A DNA stretch of 63,978 nt, filler included, from Basidioascus undulatus (Eukaryota), in NCBI GenBank assembly GCA_000826855.1. It is 4 parts of 4 records of this genome, joined end to end, with 100 filler letters (N's around TTAATTAATTAA, not from the genome) between each part and the next. Parts side by side here need not be neighbours in the genome. Positions count along the whole stretch, not along the records: positions 11,004 to 42,003 come from JTLS01000107.1; positions 42,104 to 52,997 come from JTLS01001070.1; 2 more parts are not named here. One strand, written 5' to 3'. The notes below the pieces were generated by a model. It worked only from the letters and a program-made list of their open reading frames with translations. It had not been told where the DNA came from and searched no databases. This document shows, piece by piece, positions 35,943 through 48,600 of the stretch. The position numbers and the translations under genes were made by a program. The stretch's first letter is position 1, and every line of letters starts with the position of its first letter.

Positions 35943-37363
35943 CTAGTCCACTTTGTATATGGTTGTCTGGAACTGCGGCGCGTCAATTGTTTCTCGAGTA
36001 AAACAAAGCAACCCAAGCAACCCCGCCAGAGTAAGAAGCGCTGCATTCTTGAAGTTCTCACACAGCATTCCAGCAAAGATAAAGTAATGCACATGCGTGC
36101 CAGAATGCTTCAAGAACTCAGCGCCGCCACGGAATTCGCCCGTCGCCCGCCAATCAACATGCTGGTGTCCAGGAACACTTAACACCCACGACATCAGCCT
36201 CCTGAAGCGGAACTCCATCTCGTATTAATGCCACACCGCCTGAGCGACCTCGACGACAGTCACGGGCTTTCCACTGCCTACCTCCCCGCACTCCTCGAGG
36301 TGACGGCTCATATCCAGACCGTCAATACAATACCTACCCTCAAGCAGGAGGTACTCAAGCGACGGTGCGGTCGGAAGCGAGTAGGCGAGAGGAGGGTGGC
36401 CCACAACGCAGGCGAGGATCTCCTGATATAGGGCCGGCGAGGACCGTCAGCCAGCGTATGGTGTCTCCGGCTCGAGGGGGTGAAGGACCCAGTGCGTGTC
36501 GTGAAGCCGTCTGGCTTGAAGACTTTTTGAGATGCGCCGCGTGCCCTGGCTTTTGGGAAAACTTGTACTGAGAACAACTGAGAACAAATCGAAATTTCAG
36601 TTGTGTGCCGGATTATGTGCTGCATGTATCATCGGTGCCCGTAAGCGTAAAGGTGCAGTTTCCAGAAAACAAAACTTACAGTAAATTCTTGGACTTTCAG
36701 GTCATGTGGTGGCTTCAACAGCGCGACGAGTGAGTGAAAGTGTCTTTACCTTAGTGAAGAGGTTACAAGAGTGACGGTTGACAATCTGGTCATGTAGAAG
36801 GAAGAAAAATCAAGAAGAAATCCAGTACTGAAAGCACGAGTCTCCTGTCGAAGAGAGATAGTTAGGCACCTGCGGAAGAAGCATTGGTCTGTGCATCTTT
36901 TGTGTCTTGATCGAGTCATTGCCTGTCTGTTTTCTGTGGCCTGTGGTGGAAGGGAAGTAACAAATCCAAACAGAGAAGAAGAAGCCAACATCAAGCTATT
37001 TCGGAGCGAGCACGACAGAGGGAGTCTGCCAGCTCGTAGTGTGAGAGAGAGGCAAAGGCGCACCATGTCGTAAGGGTAGTCCTCACCAGTCGGGGTGCAC
37101 GCTTCGCAGTGCAGCTGCAGGTGGAACATGATCTTGGCAGCGAGCTCCCCAGGCCCATGGTACAGCCCCTCAAAACCCTCCGAAACGACTCGAGGGCCGT
37201 GGAACCCGGCGCGCAGCAGCTTGTCGAGCCAGAAGGCAGCGTCCTCGAGAGGCAAAAGTGTGCCGAAGTGGCGGCAGGCCTTGGAAAGCGCGACGAGGGA
37301 GATTAGGTCCAGCTTAGCATATACAAGCTCGAATTTACTTCGGGAGGTAGGAGAGAGGTGCAT
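35943..37363 (-). pseudogene. F-box protein gene, probably disrupted
   Basis: FELVYAKLDLISLVALSKACRHF..L..FW is F-box-like. The C-terminal GKPVTVVEVAQAVWH is followed by an in-frame TAA with the frame continuing afterwards. Confidence 0.45.
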
Positions 37364-39286
37364 GTTTCGAGGAGCGCGGCGAGGAAGATGGTAGTGGGCG
37401 GACGACAACGACCGGCAGCGGTTGAGGGCGCGAAGGTGCAAATTCTCGTGTGCGGAACGACGCTGCGGACCGCACGGAGGGACGGGTCTCCCGTGATTCA
37501 AGATCTGTTGATTCCTGTCCATGACCCCTTGACTCTCGGGATGCCTTGTGAGAATGGCTAGCTTGTTGGCTGTGCGTTTGTCGTCCACGCTCGTCGACAG
37601 TCTCGATTCTGTCCGTGGGATACCCCGTCTTTAGAGAAGTCGGGACTAGGCGAACCAGAATGCTCGACGCACGGGTTCGCCAAGGTCGTCTGTACTTTGT
37701 GGATGATAGGTACAGGCGCTCTTGCTCGCATGTGCATCTTGTTCTGAGTCGACTCCCCCACTACCTCGCGCAGCGTGAGGTTTGGCCCTTTCCTAATTGG
37801 GGGACGTATTTCGCTTAACTTCCACTGCGAATGTGGCACCAAAGTGTACACGTGCAACGCGGCTTTGTGCCAGAAAACGCTGGCCGCGTGGGCTCAAGAC
37901 CGCTTAAACGTTCCTCCTGGGTGTGCAACTTCGACCTATCTTCGCTTAAACCTGTCGCCACTCCCGATTTAGGGCAAGGAAATCAGCCTTGTGGGATGAA
38001 AGCAGTCTGCGTTCTCTGGTTTCAGTGCCCTTAACTCCCAACGACTGCTTGAAATGCGGTAGCACAACGTATCGGAAGATGTCGCTCCACGCTGATAGAC
38101 GTTGGGAATGCTAAAGAGTCACATAATCCGATGGAATATGAAGCCGGACTGTGTATGTCGATGCCGGAGGCGCAGAGGCACGAGGCTGCATCGCAGCCTT
38201 TGTCACTTTTTCGACGTCGAGAGGGCATACCAAAGCTATCGGGCTAACTAAGACTGTAGCACTGTAAGTTTATATAGTGTGAATAAGAGTCTTGCTCCCC
38301 TGGGTCTGCGGTTGCTGTAGCTCAGTGCTGGACCAATGTGCTGGTAGGTGGTGTATTGCAGCAGTGGCGCCATGCGGCGTGAGCCCGAGCTATTGAAAGA
38401 CGCTCGAAAAAGATCATGGGACACAGCGAGACCACCACCTTTCTACTGGGTGCATAGAAACACTGCGAAAGTCTGCTTTCAGACACAGGGATATGTTGCG
38501 TATGGGCACTTGCATCTTACCGGATGTTGATAACTACAGCCAGCTCACTCTCGATGGTCTAGCACTTTCTTCTTGAGACCTGAAATGCCCTTATGCGCCC
38601 TACCGCTGGAAATGTTGCTGGCCGCATTCGGTATAGCGGTGTCGACCATAGCCGGCCTTGACCGCGTTTCATTTCAGTTCTCGTCTCCTCTCCACCCACA
38701 GAGAGTCCAGACGAGCCGGTGACATGCTTCGCATGGAGCTGCCCGCAGTGCCCAGAGCCTAAAGCGCCATGGAGCGGGTGCAACGCAGGGGACACGACCA
38801 GGCTAGACGGAGCCGATGCCGGCGACGCGCATTCGAAGCCGTTCGAACTTGGAACTGGTGAGCACCGCTGCGGCTGTGCCAACTGCTTACACTCGCCCTT
38901 ACACCATACTTTTCTGCTATTAGATTGCACATGTAGGAACCTGCGCAATTCTGCGATACAATCACGCTGTGCGATTCACGGAATGGAGCACTCAGCCGAG
39001 ACTTGAGCGAGCCCCAAGCGAGCCCTGAGTGACGGCGGCATTAGAAGCTTTCACGTGGCTGCGATCGACAGAGAGGGTCGTCATGCAGTCGCAGATGATG
39101 TCAGTTCGCCCCTGCAGCTCGCTCCCACTCTTTCCCACGCTCTCTCTCTCCATCTACAAAAGGCAACAATCCCCCGAGCCCCAACACTCTTTCCACATCA
39201 CCAGCACTCGTACCACTCTCCCACAACCACACACACATACATACACACTCCCACTCCCCACTCTCCCACCCAAACCAACAATCACC

Positions 39287-39755
39287 ATGTCCGAGTGCGT
39301 CTGCGCCGTTGCCGTTGTCCTCGACGTTCCGTTGCTGACTTCGACATCGATCTTCACAGCACCGGCCGCCAGAGCTTCACCGACAAGGCTGAGTCCGCGT
39401 TCAAGCCCGACTCTCAGAAGACGCTGAGCGAGCAGGCCGGCGACAAGGTGCGTTTCTGTCGATCATCCCTCTCCTCTACCGTGCCCACATCGACTGACCC
39501 ATCCTCCTCATCCCCACAGCTCAAGGGCACTTCCGACTCCATCGCGTCCACCCTTCAGCCCGAGGAGCAGAAGTCCAACACCCAGAAGGTTGGCGACACC
39601 GTACATCTCTTCTCTTCGCTTGGGTGATCGTGGGACAAAGGATTGATGGGATCGTCGCTGGGCAGTTCTCGAGCAACTCCAACGAGAACAAGGAGTCCCT
39701 GATGGACAAGGCCAAGAACGCTGTTGGCTTCGGCGGCAACAACACCACGCAGTAA
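39287..39755 (+). CDS. HSP12: Heat shock protein 9/12 (Hsp12), 4 exons
   Basis: MSD|TGRQSFTDKAESAFKPDSQKTLSEQAGDK|LKGTSDSIASTLQPEEQKSNTQKVGDT|FSSNSNENKESLMDKAKNAVG. Confidence 0.93.
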
Positions 39756-40377
39756 ACGCTTGGGGTTATTGTGACGACTCGGACGGTGACTTAGAACGAT
39801 GCCGAACACTTGTAATCTTATCATGAGCACACCGCATTGCGAACCGAACACGATTTAGAGGTTGATTGTGTGCCCGTCGGACATAGTGACTGAACGAATG
39901 TGAGCACTGAGCCACCGTATGCTTGTTCGGATTGCGTGGCGCGCGTCAGTCGGATAAGTCGAACTCATATACAGCATCACACTTAAATCGCGTTCGCACG
40001 GCTGCACCGTGTTGCAGTTGGTTGCAGGAAGGTGCGTCCGTGAGGCTGACCTTTGAAATGTAAGAAGGGAGCAGCTCCAAGAGTCGAAGCAGGCTGAGCA
40101 CTGGCGGGTCTCCTGGGGAATTAAGAAATCACGCATGCGCAGGCACAGCAACATACCTTTCGGATAGTGTTGCCCGCTCGAAATCCCGTCATTGTCGCTT
40201 CCACATCCTTCAACAAGTTGCGCCCACTCTCCATGAAGACCGATCGCCCACGGCGCATGCCTTTCTTATGCCTGTTCTTGGGCGTCGGCTGCACGACGCA
40301 CACGCCACAGCCGCAATGCGCTCCTCTATGCAATTAATGCTCCTCTAATCCGTAATAAGCGTGCACAGCGTTCCCAT

Positions 40378-42001
<1,624 letters not shown>

Positions 42002-42003
42002 TA

Positions 42004-42103
42004 NNNNNNNNNNNNNNNNNNNNNNNNNNNNNNNNNNNNNNNNNNNNTTAATTAATTAANNNNNNNNNNNNNNNNNNNNNNNNNNNNNNNNNNNNNNNNN
42101 NNN
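42004..42103. other. Artificial contig-joining linker
   Basis: N44-TTAATTAATTAA-N44. Confidence 0.98.
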
Positions 42104-42530
42104 TTGGCGTGCGAGGTCGAGTACTCTGTGCGTCGTCTTCTCGTCCCACTCTTTCGCTGCGATTCGTGTGCTGGGCTGACTTGGGATGGGATGCACGCAG
42201 AGTGCGGTCTTGACGCTCAATATGGGCTCCGAAGGGATCTATGTCATCAACAAGCAGCCGCCCAACAAGCAGATCTGGCTGTCCTCCCCGAAATCGTGCG
42301 TCCCAGCCACACATTCTACTATCCTCCCTCCCTCCCTCTCCAGCGCACACTGACATTCCGTCCGCTTGCTGGCCAGTGGTCCGAAGCGCTACGACTACTC
42401 GCCGAAGCTGCACACGTGGGTGAACAACCGGGACGGGTCGACGCTCGAGAGCCTGCTCGATGCCGAGCTCGGCGCGATCACGGGGAAGGAAGTGCGGGTC
42501 GGGCAGGGGTGGGTGGACGAGGAATCTTAG
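42104..42530 (+). CDS. YFH1: Frataxin, 3' part (5' cut by contig start)
   Basis: [44 protein letters not shown]...W...RDG..L..LL is the frataxin signature. Confidence 0.95.
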
Positions 42531-42989
42531 ATTTTTAGGGTATGGACAGGCTGGACAGAGAGTTTGTGGGTGATTGTCGAGGGTTGATGCACGGGTTCAC
42601 CGCTTGATGAGAGAGACGAGAGAAGGGCGAAAACGTGCTATGCGAGGAGGGTATCGTGTTGCGCACGGTACATGGAGGTTCTAAGCGATAAAGGAGAAGC
42701 GTCGTGGGCAATGGACGGGGATGAAGAAAGGCAGGATGAGGAAAGGATGAAAGCGAGGTGGTCACGCAGGGGCGGAGATCGTGCGTGTGAGGGTTGAATG
42801 TATAGAATGTGAGTCTCGGGAAATGAAAGGTATCGGAAGAAGAATATGTCAGCAAGTCATAGCGAATGGTCGTGTGCCCAGTCGTGAACGCGTCGGCTGA
42901 GTTCCCATCCAGATCTGCGAGCGTCTCCTGGGACGATTAGTTCCCAGCTTCCAGGCTCTTTCAGATCCCAACCGAAAGTGAAACACACC

Positions 42990-43493
42990 TCATGATCCCC
43001 CCTCGTCCCACTCCTCTCCTCGCATCCGCTCCCGAACCGCCATCCCCAGCATCCGATTCCGCTCCTCATGCCACGCGCGGACGCGCTCCTCCTCCTCCGC
43101 CCGTCTCCGCTCCTCCTCCATCAGCCCTGCGCCGCCCGCACCGCCCCCATTTCCACCCCCACTTCCCCCCAAGTGCGCATGCCGGTGCGCAGCAAAGTGC
43201 ACGTTCCGGAGGAGGGCGTTCGTTTGCTCGTATGGATTGAGGGGGGGCGTCTCGGCGGGGGGAGGGGTGAACAGGGTGTGTGGCTGTTGTTGCGGGAGAT
43301 GGATGTGCTGTGGGTGCCGGTGGTGGTGGTGGGGTGGTTGGGTAAAGGGAAAGCCGGAGGAAGGCCCAGCGCCGTCGGTGAGGGGGGAGGAGAGGTCCAC
43401 CGCGGAGAGATGGTGTACGAGGTCGCCCATCCGCGCGCGTTTGGATGGCGGTGGCGGGGACAGGGACCGCCCGCGCTTGGAGGAGGTTGCCAT
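42990..43493 (-). CDS. Hypothetical low-complexity protein with NLS-like and YxxxNxLLxxxH motifs
   Basis: MATSSKRGRSLSPPPPSKRAR, YEQTNALLRNVHF, EERVRAWHEERNRMLG; intronless ORF (could start at upstream ATG 43535). Confidence 0.65.
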   Translation of the reverse strand: MATSSKRGRSLSPPPPSKRARMGDLVHHLSAVDLSSPLTDGAGPSSGFPFTQPPHHHHRHPQHIHLPQQQPHTLFTPPPAETPPLNPYEQTNALLRNVHFAAHRHAHLGGSGGGNGGGAGGAGLMEEERRRAEEEERVRAWHEERNRMLGMAVRERMRGEEWDEGGS

Positions 43494-44349
43494 GGGGTGG
43501 AGGATGTGCGGGAAGGGAGGGTAGGGCTCGTACATCGAAAGGATGGATGATGGGATAGGGGTGGATGGTGAGTGTGAAAGATCAGGCTGGTCGAACAATA
43601 ATGAGAGCGCGACGCTCGCGTGCGCGGCGGGGTCTCGGACTGACGCAAGCTAGCTGACGCGATGGCAGGCCGGTACGCGAAGCCTGCCGCACTCTCAAAT
43701 GCCATACGCACCGCATCTCCTTTAAGGTATTGTTGAGTTCGGTTGAAAGAAATTATTGACTTGAAGGTGAAGAGGGATGGCTGGTACGAGTCCGGTCGCG
43801 AACCCCCCGCTCGTTGCCCGTGGCCGTCACTGTTTCCGGTCAGTCTGTACGGTATCTGAGAGACCTACATGTAAAGAACTGGATTAGGACTGTCTTAGAC
43901 AGAATACTTGAAAATAAAACGGCTGGCAGAATACCTCGTCCTTCCAAGATCCCTAATTCCAAACTGCTATGATGTTTCTCGTACTGGCAGCCACATCCGT
44001 CGAGTCGTTGAAGGTGCAGCGATCGCAGCATAGAAATGCAAGGCTTGGTCGTGGTTGTGCACTCCCATATGAGCATTAACAGCCGACATCTCAAAGGAAT
44101 GAAACCTCCTGAAAGATCCTTTTCCATAATTTCTTCTCCTGGCAATGTGAGCCCTTCACGCTGCTTGTGAGTGTGTGTATTTTGTTTCCCGACATTGGCA
44201 GGAGCAATGAGCGACCTCCACACTTCCCGCGCAGGATCCGCGGGTGTTCCGGATGCCCACTAATGCCGAGATGGAACCGAGTCGACATCATTTGGCCGTT
44301 GCCATCGTCTTCTTGTTCCACGACCATCACCATCTCTATCTTATCCAGC

Positions 44350-45444
44350 ATGTCCGTATCCACCCAAATCGCACGCAGCGCAGCTCGTGCCCTCCGTTCT
44401 TCTGTCGCGCCGAAGGCGGTCCCCGCCGCAATGGTCGGCTCGAGCCGGACGTTCGTCGCCACTGCCTCCCGCTCGACGCCGCTTCGCGCGCACGGCAAGC
44501 GGCCAACTGCATGGGACGCGCGGGATGCCCTCTCTTCCAGGGCGCCTGCAGCCAGTGCGTTTCTTCTTACTTTGGTAGTGAGCGGGCCAGAGCTGAAGGG
44601 GTGTGCTACCCCCACCCGCAGTCCGCTCCATGTTCATCCAGACCGAATCTACCCCCAACGACGACTCGCTCAAGTTCATCCCTGGCGTGCCTGTGCTCTC
44701 CTCCGGCGGGACAGCAGAGTTCCTGGACACGCGCGCCTCCCTCGGGTCCCCGCTCGCGCTCCGCCTCTTCGGCGTCGAGGGCGTCACCTCCGTCTTCTAC
44801 GGGCCCGACTTCGTGACCGTCTCCAAGGACACCTCGACGCCGTGGAACGTGATCAAGCCCGAGGTGTACTCGATCCTGATGGAGCACTTCTCGTCCGGCC
44901 AGCCGCTCTTCCGGGACGCGGCGGCGGAGGCGGCCGCGGGCCCGCAGGACACGAAAATCCTCGACACCGACTCGGAGACGGTCGCGATGATCAAGGAGCT
45001 GCTTGACACGCGCGTGCGCCCCGCGATCATGGAGGACGGCGGCGACATCGAGTACCGCGGCTTCGACGAGGAGTCCGGCCTCGTCCAGCTCAAGCTCAAG
45101 GGCAGCTGCAGGGGCTGCGAGAGCTCGAGCGTCACGCTCAAGAGCGGCATCGAGCGTATGTTGATGCACTACATTCCAGAGGTGAAGAGCGTCCAGCAGG
45201 TGCGTCGGCTTTCTGACACTGCGTTGGCTGGAGGTCGGTGCTGAATGGGAGGGTTGTTTTCAGGTTCTGGACGTCGAAGAGAAGATTGCCCTCTCAGAGT
45301 TCGACAAGCTGGAGAAGAAGCTGGCGGAGAAGGAGAAGCGGCGTCAAGAGTGCGTCTTTGTGTGCTTCTTGCTCATACCCATATCACTGCGATGCTGACT
45401 AGTAACCCCTTCCTCTCAGTCTCTCTCAATACCTTTCCGTTTAA
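44350..45444 (+). CDS. NFU1: Mitochondrial Fe-S carrier NFU1 (NifU-like)
   Basis: Arg/Ser/Ala-rich presequence, MFIQTESTPNDDSLKF, SPLA..LF..GV..VFYGPDF, IKELLDTRVRPAIMEDGGDIEY, GSCRGC (CxxC), GIERMLMHYIPEV. Last exon uncertain. Confidence 0.96.
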
Positions 45445-45611
45445 TATACTTCTAGACATAGCATTGCATGCATGACCTTTGATGACACGAAGTTCACCAG
45501 GCTTGCTTCACTTACGCGCCCGTTCGGTTCCTAACACCTCGGCTTGCAGATGCTTAGGCGCGCACTTACTGACTAAAAACTCACGACACCTGTCATGACA
45601 TTCGCTCAGCC

Positions 45612-45669
45612 ATCAGCCGGTCCACTCCAGTCGTGCTTCGATCAGTCGGTCCACTTCAGTCGTGCTTGT
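45612..45669. repeat. 29-bp tandem duplication
   Basis: ATCAGCCGGTCCACTCCAGTCGTGCTT followed by ATCAGTCGGTCCACTTCAGTCGTGCTT. Confidence 0.8.
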
Positions 45670-48600
45670 GGACCTAAGCCTTGTGTGCTTGCCACACGGT
45701 GACCGTCGCTCATGTCGACAAAGGTCAATCCTTTTCGTGTCTTGGAATCCCTCGTCTTGTCCGTTCTTATCGAATTAGACTTCCCATGCTAATACCTCGT
45801 GTCATCTCGCTCATCGTACTGCAGAATTCCGTCTTCCGTTGCTCCGGCTCGCTGGCCGCTCTGTTGGTCACTGGCCTAATGTACCTCGCACGGACTCTCA
45901 TTTTCGGTGGACGTTTCCTATATTCCCCTCTTCGATTACTCTACACTCACACGATGCCATCTCCTCTTCCGAATCCCCGCCGCCGCAAGAAGTCGGGGGA
46001 GCGCGCTTAGGCAGCGCACACAGCCGCGCAGACCCCGTAACCCCCGCAACTCGAATGAGACGCGCAGGAGTGCAAAGCATGATGATTCATATCGTGGTGT
46101 TCCTGCCGTTGAATAACAGCGAACTGAGAAAGAGGGCGAGGCAGGCGGAAATGCAGTGAAACTCTGTCCCGCGGCACCTTAACGTTACTCTCCGGACTCA
46201 TTCGTGACAGGGTGGGACCCATTCCTGAGCGTAAATTAGGCTGCGAAGGAAATTCTATGAATGATAAGGCCTTGAATACACCAACACCGAGGTGCTCTTC
46301 CCATGAGCTAATGGTGGGAAGGGCTGATTGACCCGCTTGAAAGTGTATGCAGTCACATCATTGACTTTGACATTTTGACTTTATGGCACACCCCGTGACA
46401 TGAAGATCCCTTGAGGAGAGTCTCAGTTGGCCCAATCTGATCAAGAGAGTCGTTGAGGGAGCCGGGACGCAGTCGAGCCTCAGCAACGAGTTTCCCCTCG
46501 AGTGTGTCAAGTTGCATTGAGTCAGAGCATTTGCCAAGGGTCAGCACTTTCTCTTTTCATGAAGAAGTTTCAAATTGAGAAACTTCCATAGCTTATTGCA
46601 CACATCAGACAGACAGTGGCGATTGAGCAGAGAATGCAGCGTTGGGTATCATGCAGGAGAGGTACAAGATGTGGGTATGCTTGCTATGCAAAAATGAGTC
46701 AAATGAGGTGTGCTGTGCAATGTGAGGATAAAGAAATAGAAGAGCGGCGCCCGCTTGCAACAATGCGTGCCTATTCATGAGACAGAGTTTGAAGCAGACT
46801 GAAGACGAGGTCCAAGTCTTCCTCTACTGATTGCCATGCTTCCTTCACCACGAGTAGGTGCATACTGATCACACACAAACACACACATGGTGTAAATCTA
46901 GTGGTATTGGCATTGAACCATATCGCTGCCTGGTCCTCTGGTTCTCACTGCTTTCACTCCCTGAAACATGTTCAATCAGTGCACTGCATCCAAGCCAAGC
47001 ACAAGTGCAGACAGCCGAGTGAGCCCTCCCAACATCTAAGAAGCTTCATTTATTCAGAAGATACAGCACATCAATCATTTCAAATCATTGCTCCCTTGTC
47101 TCAATGCCTGATGGAGGTGAAGCAAGCTGCTCACCCTTTCACCCTCTCATCTCCCACCCATCCACTCAATCCTTACTTCCCAACCTCTCCCCCCCAAAAC
47201 ATCAATAAGTCAAGGGTGTGGGGGTTGGAAAAGAAGTAAGGCAGTGGACCCACCTGGCAGACAAGAGAATGCATGGGAGAAGTCCAGCCAGTTGTATGCA
47301 TGCAGTGCTTGCTCAAAGTGCACTTACATAAAGAAGGCCATGTTGCCATGAAATTAAATACAGTGGTTGATACCACTCCATTAATACTTTCATAGACTGT
47401 CTAACTTCAGGAGTCTTTGGGTTCTGAGTTTGAGTTCCGATTTCCAGATTCTCATGGCTTCTGATGCTGGTTTCCAACTTCACAAGTTCTGTTTTTCCGC
47501 TCTCCATCTGGAACCGGAACTACGATATCTGTGTTTTGGATTGTGTGTTGATTTCCAGATTCTGCTTTCTGCTTTCCCAATTATGGTTTCTGAAACCCAG
47601 ATTCTGGCTTCTGCTTTGGAGGTCACATATAACTTGTCACGCTGGTAGTCCTTACAAACTTGCTCTGTACAAGGATATCTTTCTGATCAGAAATGTGACA
47701 GCAAAAGCTCGTTAGCAAATACGCACCAGTTCAAACATGCTCTTGTGCAGTGTTAACGCACTGCTGCAGCTCAGTGCTCACGGCCAAATAGCCCCGGAAG
47801 ACCTTCTTGAACTTGCCCTTCATTCAGTTGTATGTGTCCTCAATGTTGCTGTCGCTGTGCCCACCGCAGCCTTATTCGTGAGCCAAAGAATGGCATACAT
47901 GCACCCTCATGGTTGAGCAGCTGAGGCAGAGTGGGACACTGTGTGGTGGCAGGGGTGATGCATGTGTTTGGTTCAGAGGGTGACACAAGTGAGTGAGGAA
48001 GTGGTAGCTGGTTTTACCCCCAGAGGGGCTCAGGGCAGGGGGATCTTCGGGGGTGGCGGTGGCGGAGGCAGAGATGCCGGTGGCGGGGCAACGCACTGCA
48101 GTCACCGAGGGCGGCAACGGCATGCAGCCAGGCCTGCCTCAGCTCATCCATCCAGATCAGTAGCGGTGGTCTGCTGGTCTTTGTTTACAGATGGCCGATA
48201 TAGAGGCTGGTAGATTGAGGTGAGCAAGGGTGTGATTTTTCTAGGAGAAGGAAACAGCCCATCTACACATATAGTATCTGCATATTAGGCACACTCAGTA
48301 GTCACCACCACACCTGTCTGCACGTTGCGCAAGCGACTCGGACCAAGAAGGGTGCATATCGCGCTCGACATCCAGTCAACACCGGTCGCGTCAGTGCGGC
48401 GGTACAACGACGCCGTTAACTGGTCTGATAGACTGCCAGCCATGCGACACACATCGCCTGCCCGCAATGGGAAATAGCGAGTTCACATCATGGCGGTAGA
48501 CTTGAAGAGAAGCAATCTACCTCATGGTTCAGTGGGATCTGTGGGGAGGATTGATCTTGGACAGGTCCCCCCGGAACACAGCTGAGGAAGACATTCACTT

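Noticed and set aside
37650..37972. FHCECGTKVY as a GFA/Mss4 zinc-binding domain
   Set aside because: A single short motif with no supporting upstream Cys motif or coherent gene model.
39100..39120. STRE (CCCCT) upstream of HSP12
   Set aside because: A single 5-mer is expected by chance in GC-rich DNA.
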